The notes beneath the pieces were generated by a model. That model was not told the origin of the DNA. It worked only from the letters and a program-made list of their open reading frames with translations, and did no database searches. Shown here one piece after another: positions 20,923 through 31,800 of a stretch of DNA of 64,000 bases (within the stretch, counting starts at the first letter, position 1; each line of letters opens with the position of its first letter). The position numbers were made by a program, and so were the translations under genes. The stretch is from Nitrosopumilus sp. Its GTDB lineage: Archaea; Thermoproteota; Nitrososphaeria; Nitrososphaerales; Nitrosopumilaceae. Location: positions 1,728,001 to 1,792,000 of the forward strand of contig OY763927.2 of NCBI GenBank assembly GCA_963667665.2, written 5' to 3'.

Positions 20923-21454
20923 TCTATTTTTTGTATCCTCAAATAGGCACAAATACCAAGAGGCAAAAAAGATTCTGGATTCCTTTGGAATAAAACTGGG
21001 TTTTTTCAAATTTTATTTAGAAGAGATTCAATCAAGTTCTCTTAAAGAAATTGCATCAAAAAAAGCAAAAGATGCATTTTCTAAATGTAAAAAACCTGTA
21101 ATAATTGAAGATGATGGTTTGTTTATTGATTCACTTTGTGGATTTCCAGGTCCATATTCATCATATGTTTTCAAAACAATCGGCAACAAAGGAATTCTTG
21201 AACTCTTAAAAAATAAAAGAAAGGCAAAGTTTGTTTCTATTATTAGTTATTGTGATAAAAAAATTCTACAATCTTTTGATGCAAAACTTGATGGAACAAT
21301 ATCACATTCACAAAAAGGAAAAGGTTGGGGATATGATCCGATCTTTATTCCAAAAAATACCAGAAAAACATTTGCTGAAATGAATAACAAAAATGAACTA
21401 TCACATAGGTACAAAGCACTGAAAAAATTTTCTAATTGGTATTTGCATAAGTAG
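20906..21454 (+). CDS. rdgB: RdgB/HAM1 non-canonical purine NTP pyrophosphatase
   Basis: SSNRHK, EDDGL, GFPGPYS, GWGYDPIF, SHRYKAL. Confidence 0.93.
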   Translation: MQQSFDLFFVSSNRHKYQEAKKILDSFGIKLGFFKFYLEEIQSSSLKEIASKKAKDAFSKCKKPVIIEDDGLFIDSLCGFPGPYSSYVFKTIGNKGILELLKNKRKAKFVSIISYCDKKILQSFDAKLDGTISHSQKGKGWGYDPIFIPKNTRKTFAEMNNKNELSHRYKALKKFSNWYLHK

Positions 21455-22460
21455 GAATATAACGTTCAATTGTTCGTTCGTTATTCTGTAAGACTGAAAT
21501 TCTTGAAACAAAACTTTCATCCATTACTGAAAATATCTTACTTTGTTTTGCAACCTGTTCACTAAAATTTTTTATTTCCTCCATTTCTAACATATTAGAA
21601 TGCTCTAATCTATTGGTTGAACGGCCAATATGCATGTATGATTTTATTTCAATAAAGTGTGGACTAGCTTTTCTAACCATTTCTGCAAAAACTGGAATCA
21701 TTTCTTTAATGTCATTATAATCTCTAATCAGAGTAATTCTTAGAACTGTTCTTGTTTTCAAATGCTTTAACATTGAAAGAGTTCTATTCCATCTTTCCCA
21801 TGAATCATCATATTTTGGTTGGTTTATTTTCTTAAATGATTCATAGTCTGCAGCATTTGTTGATAAGTACAATTGTGTTGGTAATGCATCTTCATCTTGT
21901 AACCTTTGTATCATATCTGGTTCTTGTCCATTGGTTACAAGAAAAGTTGACTTTGTTGCTTTAAGTGAGTGTAGATATTTGATTAGTTCTGGTAATTTTG
22001 GATACATTGTTGGTTCACCAGAAAGTGAAATCGAATAATGACTAGGTAATAATGATTCATCTAATCTTTGTTTATCATTTCTTGAATCTCCATAATATCC
22101 ATTAATCAGTTCTTTTCTTTCAATCATCAATTTTGTCATGATCTCTTCAGGTTCTGCAACTTGTTTTGGATCCATTTTTAATGAATCATAAAATTCCATT
22201 GGTCTCCAACAATACACACAGCGATTCTCACAATGCATTCCAGCTGGGGAAAACTCCATACATCCATGAGTTGAAATTCCATAAAACTTGTGTTTATAGC
22301 AATTTCCTTCATGTTTGAACGATTTTTTTGTCCAATGACACAATGCAACTGTAGCATGATCAGCAATTCCGTACTTTGCTTTTTTTAATTGCTTAGCTAT
22401 TGCAGGTTTTATCTGAATTAATCGATCTTCTTCTTCAACTGTTTCAGCAGAGCAACTCAT
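21432..22460 (-). CDS. taw1: 4-demethylwyosine synthase Taw1/TYW1 (radical SAM)
   Basis: CHWTK, CYKHKFYGI, CENRCVYCWR, SLSGEPT. Confidence 0.93.
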   Translation of the reverse strand: MSCSAETVEEEDRLIQIKPAIAKQLKKAKYGIADHATVALCHWTKKSFKHEGNCYKHKFYGISTHGCMEFSPAGMHCENRCVYCWRPMEFYDSLKMDPKQVAEPEEIMTKLMIERKELINGYYGDSRNDKQRLDESLLPSHYSISLSGEPTMYPKLPELIKYLHSLKATKSTFLVTNGQEPDMIQRLQDEDALPTQLYLSTNAADYESFKKINQPKYDDSWERWNRTLSMLKHLKTRTVLRITLIRDYNDIKEMIPVFAEMVRKASPHFIEIKSYMHIGRSTNRLEHSNMLEMEEIKNFSEQVAKQSKIFSVMDESFVSRISVLQNNERTIERYIPTYANTN

Positions 22461-22597
22461 GAATTCTATTCTAGTTTTTGTTTACTTAAATTGATCGAGT
22501 TTTTGTCCATCATGGAAATTTTTCTTAACACTTATTACAATTTTGAGTCGATTCTAGAGTGAGGTTTATTTACTGGATCCCCAAGGTAATTTTAGCA

Positions 22598-24961
22598 TTG
22601 AAAAGTATACATAAGTTATCATTCCTATTTTTGCTATTTGCTACATTGACTAGCATGCCTATATCCTATACTTTTGCTGCTGAGGACTTGGATAATGATG
22701 GTGTTGAAGATTCTATGGATTCATGTCCAAATTTGCAAGAAGATTATGAAGGTACTATTGATGGTTGTCCATCAAACTTTGTTCCATGGTATGATGAAGA
22801 CTATGATGGAATACAAGATCATCTAGATCAATGTCCAAATGTAAGGGAAACCTACAATCTATTCCAAGATGAAGATGGTTGTCCTGATGTATCTATTGAA
22901 GGTGGTGCAGGTGGATTACCTGATTCTGATGGTGATGGTTTTTCTGATATTAGAGATCTATGTCCAAATCAACCAGAAACATTCAATGGTGTTTTAGATA
23001 GAGACGGTTGTCCTGATGATGTTGGTTCAGGTGACAGAGACTTGGATGGAGTTCCAGATGCTGTTGATGAATGTCCGTTAAGTGCAGAAACTTACAACAG
23101 ATTCCAAGACGATGACGGTTGTCCTGATTTTATTAGTGATTCTACTTTTACTGACAATGAAAGTATTCCATATACTACATTAGATTCTTCATTTGATGAT
23201 CAAGATGGTGATGGAATAGCAGACCAATTTGATATCTGTCCTAATCAACCAGAAACTTACAATAGATTTGCTGATTATGATGGTTGTCCAGATTCAATTC
23301 AATCATTCGCCGATACATTAAATGATGTTGATGGTGATAGAATCATGGATGCAGATGATGCATGTCCTTTAGAACCTGAAAGATACAACGGTTTCCAAGA
23401 CGATGACGGTTGTCCAGACATTCCTCCTTATTCTAGTGATACTGATTCAGACCTTGATGGAGTTCCAAATAGTATTGATCAATGTCCTTTAGTTGCAGAG
23501 TCTTACAACATGTTCCAAGATGCTGATGGCTGTCCTGATTTTATAGGAGCTAATAAAGAAATCCCAGATACTGATGGTGATGGAATTAATGATTATTCAG
23601 ATTTGTGTCCAACCCAACCAGAAACATTCAATGGAGTTTTTGATAGAGATGGTTGCCCAGATACTCTTAGCACTTCACAAGACAGAGACTTAGATGGTGT
23701 TCCTGATAATCTAGATCAATGCCCAATTGCTAAAGAAACTTACAATAATTTCCAAGACGATGACGGTTGTCCTGATAGTATATCTGGATTAATACCATTT
23801 GACTTTGATGGTGATAATATTTCAGATTTGAAAGATAAATGTCCACTAGAACCTGAAGTGTATAATGGATATCAAGACCAAGATGGTTGTCCTGATGAAT
23901 TGGTTTCTGATTCTGACGGTGATGGAGTTAGAGATTCATTAGACAAATGTCCTACAACTGCAGAAACTTGGAATAGATATCAAGATGCTGACGGTTGTCC
24001 TGACAATCCAACAGAATTCGATTCAGACTTTGATGGTATTTTAGATTCAGTTGATCAATGTCCACTTGACAGAGAACGATACAACGGTTTCCAAGATGAT
24101 GACGGTTGTCCAGATTATCCTGATTTTGTAACTAGCATGGATTCAGACTTTGATGGAATCATGGATGCAGATGATGCATGTCCTTTAGTTCCAGAATCTT
24201 ATAACATGTTCCAAGATGAAGATGGCTGTCCCGACTTTGTAGGTGAGAATAAAGAAGTTCCTGATACTGACAATGATGGAATTAATGATTACAAAGATCA
24301 TTGTCCAAATCAAGCTGAAACATATAATGGAATTCTTGATTTAGACGGTTGTCCAGATGAGTATATCTTAAAGAATGATCGTGACTTGGATGGATTACCA
24401 GATGCTATTGATGCATGTCCACTTGCTCAAGAAACTTACAATAGATATCAAGATGATGACGGTTGTCCAGATACTGTATCAGAATCATTTGTAATTGACT
24501 CTGATAATGATGGCATTAATGATGTCTATGATGATTGTCCTCTAGTTGCTGAAAACTATAACGGATTCCAAGATGATGATGGTTGTCCGGATATTAATGA
24601 TACTCAACCTGATTCTGATGGTGATGGTGTTCCAGATGTGATGGATGTGTGTCCTGAACAAATGGAAACTTTGAACGGATTTGCTGATTATGATGGTTGT
24701 CCAGATGTTATGCCAACTGGAAATATTACAAATGATAGTGATCAAGATGGCATAAATGATGAAATTGATTTATGTCCAAATGAAAAAGAGTCTTGGAACA
24801 AGTACAATGACAAAGACGGTTGTCCAGATATTGCTCCAGAACAATCAAGATACAAACATGATGCTGATTTAGACAATATTATCAATGACTATGACTTGTG
24901 TCCTCTAGAACCTGAGGATTATGATGGTGATAGAGATACCGACGGCTGTCCTGACCCATAA
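22598..24961 (+). CDS. Secreted thrombospondin type-3-like repeat protein 1 (about 19 repeats)
   Basis: Signal peptide from TTG 22598; DxDxDGxxDxxDxCP...E..N..QDxDGCPD repeats; no TM anchor. Confidence 0.88.
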   Translation: MKSIHKLSFLFLLFATLTSMPISYTFAAEDLDNDGVEDSMDSCPNLQEDYEGTIDGCPSNFVPWYDEDYDGIQDHLDQCPNVRETYNLFQDEDGCPDVSIEGGAGGLPDSDGDGFSDIRDLCPNQPETFNGVLDRDGCPDDVGSGDRDLDGVPDAVDECPLSAETYNRFQDDDGCPDFISDSTFTDNESIPYTTLDSSFDDQDGDGIADQFDICPNQPETYNRFADYDGCPDSIQSFADTLNDVDGDRIMDADDACPLEPERYNGFQDDDGCPDIPPYSSDTDSDLDGVPNSIDQCPLVAESYNMFQDADGCPDFIGANKEIPDTDGDGINDYSDLCPTQPETFNGVFDRDGCPDTLSTSQDRDLDGVPDNLDQCPIAKETYNNFQDDDGCPDSISGLIPFDFDGDNISDLKDKCPLEPEVYNGYQDQDGCPDELVSDSDGDGVRDSLDKCPTTAETWNRYQDADGCPDNPTEFDSDFDGILDSVDQCPLDRERYNGFQDDDGCPDYPDFVTSMDSDFDGIMDADDACPLVPESYNMFQDEDGCPDFVGENKEVPDTDNDGINDYKDHCPNQAETYNGILDLDGCPDEYILKNDRDLDGLPDAIDACPLAQETYNRYQDDDGCPDTVSESFVIDSDNDGINDVYDDCPLVAENYNGFQDDDGCPDINDTQPDSDGDGVPDVMDVCPEQMETLNGFADYDGCPDVMPTGNITNDSDQDGINDEIDLCPNEKESWNKYNDKDGCPDIAPEQSRYKHDADLDNIINDYDLCPLEPEDYDGDRDTDGCPDP

Positions 24962-24973
24962 TAGTATCGTAAA

Positions 24974-27900
24974 ATGAAAAAACAATTTCTTTTAGGATTT
25001 TTGCTTTTACTTACCTCCACCATTGGTATGTTTTCAGGTGGTGTTTATGCCGCCGAACCAATTGATTCTGATGGTGATGGAGTTCCTGATAATCTAGATC
25101 AATGTCCTAATCTTCTTGAAGATTATGATCCACAATATGGCAACAACATAGACGGTTGTCCTGCAGACTTTGTTCCATGGTATGATGCTGACTTTGATGG
25201 AATACAAGATCATCTAGATAATTGTCCAACTGTAAGGGAAACCTACAATCTATTCCAAGATACTGATGGATGTCCTGATTTATCACCTGTTGATGCAAAA
25301 GGCATTGCAGATTCTGATGGTGATAATATTCACGATTTTCTAGATTTATGTCCAAATCAACCAGAGACATTCAATGGTATTGATGACAAAGACGGTTGTC
25401 CTGATGATGTTTCTGCTTTAATGGATAGTGATCAAGATGGAATTTCTGATACAATGGATGCATGCCCACTAGAACCTGAAACCTACAACTTTTATCAAGA
25501 CCAAGACGGTTGTCCTGATTCTGTTGATACAATAGATTTGACATATACTTTTCCAGACACTGATGGTGATGGAATTGATGATAGATGGGATCAATGTATT
25601 GATGAACCTGAAAACTATAATGGTTATTTAGATTGGGATGGATGTTCAGATATACCTGGAACTACTTCTCTTGTAGTACCAGATACTGATTATGATGGAA
25701 TCCCAGATGATATAGATGATTGTCCATTAGACCGCGAAAATTATAATAGATTCCAAGACGATGACGGATGTCCTGATAGTATTGATTATGAAATAGTTGG
25801 TGATGCTGATGGTGACGGCATTTTAGATCCAAACGATTCTTGTCCTTTCAGTTCTGAAACTTACAACAAATTCCAAGATGAAGATGGATGTCCAGATTAT
25901 GTAGCAGACAACAAAATAACTGCTGACACTGACGGTGATGGCATTCCAGATGTTCTAGATTTGTGTCCAAATCAACCAGAGACATTTAATGGATTCCTAG
26001 ATGGCGATGGTTGTCCTGATAGTTTTGATTCTAAACTTGATTCTGATATGGATGGTATTGTAGATGTCTCTGATGCATGTCCACTAGAACCTGAAACTTA
26101 CAATCTTTTCTTAGATAGTGATGGCTGTCCTGATTCTGTTGATTCTATTGTTTCATCTTACATCTTTGCAGACACTGATGGTGATGGAATTGATGATAGA
26201 TGGGATCAATGTATTGATGAACCTGAAAATTATAATGATTATCTAGATAACGATGGTTGCCCAGATGTTAAGGGTACAACTGCAGGTGATATACTTGATG
26301 CTGATTATGATGGAATCCAAGATCATTTAGATCAATGTCCAACATTAGCTGAAAGATACAACGGATTCCAAGACGATGACGGATGTCCTGATAGTATTGA
26401 TTATCAAACAATTGGTGATTTTGATGGTGATGGTATCTATGATAATCTAGATCATTGTCCAACTGCTAAAGAGACTTACAACTTTTACTTAGACGAAGAT
26501 GGTTGTCCTGATTATGTAGCAGCCAACAAAATAACTGCTGACACTGACGGTGATGGCATTCCAGATGTTCTAGATTTGTGTCCAAATCAACCAGAGACAT
26601 TTAATGGATTCCTAGATGGCGATGGTTGTCCTGATAGTTTTGATTCTAAACTTGATTCTGATATGGATGGTATTGTAGATGTCTCTGATGCATGTCCACT
26701 AGAACCTGAAACTTACAATCTTTTCTTAGATAGTGATGGCTGTCCTGATTCTGTTGATTCTATTGTTTCATCTTACATCTTTGCAGACACTGATGGTGAT
26801 GGAATTGATGATAGATGGGATCAATGTATTGATGAACCTGAAAATTATAATGATTATCAAGATACTGATGGTTGTCCAGATGTTAAGGGTACAACTGCAG
26901 GTGATATACTTGATGCTGATTATGATGGAATCCCAGATGATATAGATGATTGTCCATTAGACCGCGAAAATTATAATAGATTCCAAGACGATGACGGATG
27001 TCCTGATAGTATTGATTATGAAATAGTTGGTGATGCTGATGGTGACGGCATTTTAGATCCAAACGATTCTTGTCCTTTCAGTTCTGAAACTTACAACAAA
27101 TTCCAAGATGAAGATGGATGTCCAGATTATGTAGCAGACAACAAAATAACTGCTGACACTGACGGTGATGGCATTCCAGATGTTCTAGATTTGTGTCCAA
27201 ATCAACCAGAGACATTTAATGGATTCCTAGATGGCGATGGTTGTCCTGATAGTTTTGATTCTAAACTTGATTCTGATATGGATGGTATTGTAGATGTCTC
27301 TGATGCATGTCCACTAGAACCTGAAACTTACAATCTTTTCTTAGATAGTGATGGCTGTCCTGATTCTGTTGATTCTATTGTTTCATCTTACATCTTTGCA
27401 GACACTGATGGTGATGGAATTGATGATAGATGGGATCAATGTATTGATGAACCTGAAAACTATAATGATTATCTAGATAACGATGGTTGCCCAGATGTTA
27501 AGGGTACAACTGCAGGTGATATACTTGATGCTGATTATGATGGAATCCAAGATCATTTAGATCAATGTCCAACATTAGCTGAAAGATACAACGGATTCCA
27601 AGACGATGACGGATGTCCTGATAGTATTGATTATCAAACAATTGGTGATGCTGACGGTGACGGCATTTTAGATCCAAACGATTCTTGTCCTTTCAGTTCT
27701 GAAACTTACAACAAATTCCAAGATGAAGACGGTTGTCCTGATTATGTAGCAGCCAACAAAATAACTGCTGACACTGACGGTGATGGCATTCCAGATGTTC
27801 TAGATTTGTGTCCAAATCAACCAGAGACATTTAATGGATTCCTAGATGGTGATGGTTGTCCTGATAGTTTTGATTCTAAACTTGATTCTGATATGGATGG

Positions 27901-28375
27901 TATTGTAGATGTCTCTGATGCATGTCCACTAGAACCTGAAACTTACAACATGTTCCAAGATGAAGACGGTTGTCCTGATTCTGTTGATTCTATTGTTTCA
28001 TCTTACATCTTTGCAGACACTGATGGTGATGGAATTGATGATAGATGGGATCAATGTATTGATGAACCTGAAAATTATAATGATTATCAAGATACTGATG
28101 GTTGTCCAGATATACCTGGTGCAGAATCAACTACTCCTACATATGCAGATTCTGACGGTGATGGATATCCAGATGTTACTGACTCTTGTCCAACAAACCC
28201 AGAAACTTGGAATAAATATCTAGACTCTGATGGTTGTCCGGATACTGCTCCAGAACAAAAGAGATTTGCCCATGATGATGACCTAGATGGTATCATTAAT
28301 GATGTAGATTTGTGTCCTCTTGATCCTGAAGATTATGATGGAGATAGAGATACCGATGGCTGTCCAGATCCATAA
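24974..28375 (+). CDS. Secreted TSP3-like repeat protein 2 (about 27 repeats)
   Basis: Signal peptide ending VYA; 41-aa repeats in five-unit higher-order blocks. Confidence 0.88.
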   Translation: MKKQFLLGFLLLLTSTIGMFSGGVYAAEPIDSDGDGVPDNLDQCPNLLEDYDPQYGNNIDGCPADFVPWYDADFDGIQDHLDNCPTVRETYNLFQDTDGCPDLSPVDAKGIADSDGDNIHDFLDLCPNQPETFNGIDDKDGCPDDVSALMDSDQDGISDTMDACPLEPETYNFYQDQDGCPDSVDTIDLTYTFPDTDGDGIDDRWDQCIDEPENYNGYLDWDGCSDIPGTTSLVVPDTDYDGIPDDIDDCPLDRENYNRFQDDDGCPDSIDYEIVGDADGDGILDPNDSCPFSSETYNKFQDEDGCPDYVADNKITADTDGDGIPDVLDLCPNQPETFNGFLDGDGCPDSFDSKLDSDMDGIVDVSDACPLEPETYNLFLDSDGCPDSVDSIVSSYIFADTDGDGIDDRWDQCIDEPENYNDYLDNDGCPDVKGTTAGDILDADYDGIQDHLDQCPTLAERYNGFQDDDGCPDSIDYQTIGDFDGDGIYDNLDHCPTAKETYNFYLDEDGCPDYVAANKITADTDGDGIPDVLDLCPNQPETFNGFLDGDGCPDSFDSKLDSDMDGIVDVSDACPLEPETYNLFLDSDGCPDSVDSIVSSYIFADTDGDGIDDRWDQCIDEPENYNDYQDTDGCPDVKGTTAGDILDADYDGIPDDIDDCPLDRENYNRFQDDDGCPDSIDYEIVGDADGDGILDPNDSCPFSSETYNKFQDEDGCPDYVADNKITADTDGDGIPDVLDLCPNQPETFNGFLDGDGCPDSFDSKLDSDMDGIVDVSDACPLEPETYNLFLDSDGCPDSVDSIVSSYIFADTDGDGIDDRWDQCIDEPENYNDYLDNDGCPDVKGTTAGDILDADYDGIQDHLDQCPTLAERYNGFQDDDGCPDSIDYQTIGDADGDGILDPNDSCPFSSETYNKFQDEDGCPDYVAANKITADTDGDGIPDVLDLCPNQPETFNGFLDGDGCPDSFDSKLDSDMDGIVDVSDACPLEPETYNMFQDEDGCPDSVDSIVSSYIFADTDGDGIDDRWDQCIDEPENYNDYQDTDGCPDIPGAESTTPTYADSDGDGYPDVTDSCPTNPETWNKYLDSDGCPDTAPEQKRFAHDDDLDGIINDVDLCPLDPEDYDGDRDTDGCPDP
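25690..28110 (+). repeat. 615-bp near-identical higher-order tandem repeat (about 4 copies)
   Basis: GCTGACACTGACGGTGATGGCATTCCAGATG recurs at 25922, 26537, 27152, 27767; ends approximate. Confidence 0.9.
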
Positions 28376-28461
28376 TCAATCTTTTTTTGACTTTAAAATT
28401 ATAGAAGAATCTATTTAACGTGAAACTTAATAAATACTTGATAATAGCGAAGTCAGAGAGA

Positions 28462-30636
28462 ATGAAAAAACAGTATCTTTTAGGATTTTTGCTTTTACTT
28501 ACCTCCACCATTGGTATGTTCTCAGGTGGTGTTTATGCCGCTGAACCAATTGATTCTGATGGTGATGGAGTACCCGATTCTCTTGATTTTTGTCCTCATC
28601 TTCTTGAAGATTATGATCCACAATATGGTAATGACATAGATGGTTGTCCTGCAGACTTTGTTCCATGGTATGATGCTGACTTTGATGGAATACAAGATCA
28701 TCTAGATAATTGTCCAACTGTAAGGGAAACCTACAATCTATTCCAAGATACTGATGGTTGTCCTGATTTATCACCTGTTGATGCAAAAGGTATTGCAGAT
28801 TCTGATGGTGATGGATATCCTGATTACATGGACTTGTGTCCAAATCAACCAGAAACATTCAATGGTGTTGATGACAAAGACGGTTGTCCTGATGATGTCT
28901 CTTCTTTAATGGATAGTGATCAAGATGGAATTTCTGATACAATGGATGCATGCCCACTAGAACCTGAAACTTACAACATGTTCCAAGATGAAGACGGTTG
29001 TCCTGATTCTGTTGATACAATAGATTCAACATATACTTTCCCAGATTCTGATGGTGATGGAATTGATGATAGATGGGATCAATGTATTGATGAACCTGAA
29101 AACTATAATGGTTATCTAGATTGGGATGGATGTTCAGATGTACCTGGTGCAACATCTGATTCTTTAATTGATTCTGATTATGATGACATTCCTGATATTG
29201 TTGATGCTTGTCCATTAGTTCGTGAAAATTATAACAATTTCCAAGATGAAGACGGCTGTCCTGATACTATATCTTATGATTCATTTACAGGTGATGCTGA
29301 CGGTGATGGAATTTTAAATCATTTTGATTCATGTCCTTATGCTAAAGAAACTTATAACAAATTCCAAGACGGTGACGGTTGCCCTGATTCTATATTTGAC
29401 AATAAATTAACTGCTGATACTGATGGTGATAATATTCCAGATATCCTAGATTCATGTCCAAATCAACCAGAGACATTTAATGGATTCCAAGACGCAGATG
29501 GCTGTCCAGACAGTCTTGATTCTATACTTGATTCTGACATGGATGGTGTTGTAGATACAATGGATGCATGTCCACTAGAACCTGAAACTTACAACTTTTT
29601 CAAAGACGGTGACGGTTGTCCAGATTCATCTGGCTCTATTGTTTCATCTTACATCTTTCCTGATGTTGACAGTGATGGTATAGATGATAGGTGGGATGCA
29701 TGTATTGATGAACCTGAAAACTATAATGATTATCTAGATAACGATGGTTGTCCTGATGTTCCAGGTATATCAAAATCTGCATTACCTGATTCTGATTATG
29801 ATGGAATTCCAGATCATTTAGACCAATGTCCAACATTAGCTGAAAGATACAACGGATTCCAAGACGATGACGGTTGTCCAGATTCCTTATCTTACGATTC
29901 CTTTGTAGATGCTGACTTTGATGGAGTTACTGATAATGTTGATGAATGTCCTTATGCTAAAGAAACTTACAATAGATTCCAAGATGAAGACGGTTGTCCA
30001 GATTCTGTAGCCGATAACAAACTAATTGCTGATACTGATGGTGATAATATTCCAGATATCCTAGATTTATGTCCAAATCAACCAGAAACATTCAACGGTG
30101 TTGATGATAAAGACGGTTGCCCTGATAGATTTGTATTTACGCTTGATTCTGATATGGATGGCATTGTAGATATCTCTGATGCATGTCCACTAGAACCTGA
30201 AACTTACAACTTTTACCAAGATGAAGACGGTTGTCCAGATTCATCCACTTCTATTGTTTCATCTTACATCTTTGCAGATGTTGACGGTGATGGCATAGAT
30301 GATAGATGGGATGCATGTCTTGATGAGCAAGAGAATTTTAATGGATACTTGGATTGGGATGGCTGCCCAGATGTGCTTGCAGCAGTGTCTACATCACCCA
30401 TAAAACTTGATTCTGATGGTGATGGTTACTATGATGCAGTTGATTCTTGTCCAACAAGCCCAGAAACTTGGAACAAATACAATGATCACGACGGCTGCCC
30501 AGATACTGCTCCAGAACAACAGAGATTTGTACATGATGATGACCTAGATGGAATCATTAATGATGTAGATTTGTGTCCTCTTGATCCTGAAGATTATGAT
30601 GGAGATAGAGACGATGACGGCTGCCCTGATAACTAG
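28462..30636 (+). CDS. Secreted TSP3-like repeat protein 3 (about 17 repeats)
   Basis: ATG 28462 gives a signal peptide almost identical to paralog 2. Confidence 0.88.
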   Translation: MKKQYLLGFLLLLTSTIGMFSGGVYAAEPIDSDGDGVPDSLDFCPHLLEDYDPQYGNDIDGCPADFVPWYDADFDGIQDHLDNCPTVRETYNLFQDTDGCPDLSPVDAKGIADSDGDGYPDYMDLCPNQPETFNGVDDKDGCPDDVSSLMDSDQDGISDTMDACPLEPETYNMFQDEDGCPDSVDTIDSTYTFPDSDGDGIDDRWDQCIDEPENYNGYLDWDGCSDVPGATSDSLIDSDYDDIPDIVDACPLVRENYNNFQDEDGCPDTISYDSFTGDADGDGILNHFDSCPYAKETYNKFQDGDGCPDSIFDNKLTADTDGDNIPDILDSCPNQPETFNGFQDADGCPDSLDSILDSDMDGVVDTMDACPLEPETYNFFKDGDGCPDSSGSIVSSYIFPDVDSDGIDDRWDACIDEPENYNDYLDNDGCPDVPGISKSALPDSDYDGIPDHLDQCPTLAERYNGFQDDDGCPDSLSYDSFVDADFDGVTDNVDECPYAKETYNRFQDEDGCPDSVADNKLIADTDGDNIPDILDLCPNQPETFNGVDDKDGCPDRFVFTLDSDMDGIVDISDACPLEPETYNFYQDEDGCPDSSTSIVSSYIFADVDGDGIDDRWDACLDEQENFNGYLDWDGCPDVLAAVSTSPIKLDSDGDGYYDAVDSCPTSPETWNKYNDHDGCPDTAPEQQRFVHDDDLDGIINDVDLCPLDPEDYDGDRDDDGCPDN

Positions 30637-30697
30637 TACAATATTTTTTGCCTAAATTTTTGATATAGTAAATATATTCGGATTATAGCATTATCTT

Positions 30698-31660
30698 ATG
30701 CTTCCAAAATTCTCCAGTAGAGCATTTTTAGCTCCAATGGCTGGAGTCAGTGATCCTGCACTTCGTTTACAATGTAAACAAAAGGGAGCTGGTCTTGTTG
30801 TTACTGAATTTACCAACATTCATAGTATTATTGCCAAAGAAAAACAACTCAAAGAAAATACTAAAACAATACAAGAATTTATTGAATATTCTGAAAAAGA
30901 ACGCCCTCTTTCAGTTCAGTTATTTGGATCTGATCTTTTTGCATTAGAAAAAGCTGCAAAAATTGTAGAACCTTATTTTGATATTATTGACTATAACATG
31001 GGATGTCCTGCTCCACATATTACTCAACAAATGGCAGGTGGTGCTCTTTTACAAGAAGTTAATCTAACTCAACAAATATTCAGCACCCTAGTTAACGCTG
31101 TAAAAAAACCTGTAACATTAAAAATTCGTTCAGGTGTAACAAATGCTAGTAAATTTCTCTTTAGGGAAATTGCTGAAATTGCAGAAGATGAAGGAATTCA
31201 GATGATCACTTTTCATCCTAGAACTGTTAGTCAAGGTTATTCTGGTACTGCAGATTGGAAGATGATTAAAGAACTTAAAGAAATATCTGGCATTCCAATT
31301 GTTGGAAATGGTGACATTACAACTCCTGAAGATGCTAAAACTATGATTGAGGAGACTGGATGTGATTATGTGATGATCGGTCGTGGTGCAATGGGAAATC
31401 CATTTTTATTTGAACAGATAAACGATTATCTTAAAACAAACTCTTACAATGAATACTCTTTCAAAGACCGTCTGAATTCATTTTTTGATTATTTACATCT
31501 TACAAATCATTACAAAATCAAATTTGGTAATATCAAGAGTCAAGCAATCAGATTTACAAAAGGTATGCAGGGAGGTTCTAAATTACGTTCAAAAATTACT
31601 GTTTCAAAAAATATTGAAGAACTTGAGAAAATTATGAATAATGCATATACATCATCATAA
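30698..31660 (+). CDS. dusB: tRNA-dihydrouridine synthase
   Basis: LAPMAGVSD, VQLFG, NMGCP, LKIRSG, HPRT, GNGDI, MIGRGAMGNP. Confidence 0.93.
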   Translation: MLPKFSSRAFLAPMAGVSDPALRLQCKQKGAGLVVTEFTNIHSIIAKEKQLKENTKTIQEFIEYSEKERPLSVQLFGSDLFALEKAAKIVEPYFDIIDYNMGCPAPHITQQMAGGALLQEVNLTQQIFSTLVNAVKKPVTLKIRSGVTNASKFLFREIAEIAEDEGIQMITFHPRTVSQGYSGTADWKMIKELKEISGIPIVGNGDITTPEDAKTMIEETGCDYVMIGRGAMGNPFLFEQINDYLKTNSYNEYSFKDRLNSFFDYLHLTNHYKIKFGNIKSQAIRFTKGMQGGSKLRSKITVSKNIEELEKIMNNAYTSS

Positions 31661-31800
31661 AAATTTGTTAAATTATTGCATAATACTTTACATTCGTTTA
31701 TGATTTAATCAAAATTGATATTGAATTTTAAAGCAAATTAGACTATTCTTATATATTTCAAGATGAGATTTTATGTATGAAAATAGGAGCAGAATCATAA

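Noticed and set aside
24542-29836. Short alternative-frame ORFs inside repeat genes
   Set aside because: Artefacts of GAT-rich repeats
22598-30636. CRISPR array or diversity-generating retroelement repeats
   Set aside because: Repeats are in-frame coding units without unique spacers; no cas or reverse transcriptase gene; differences are not adenine-specific
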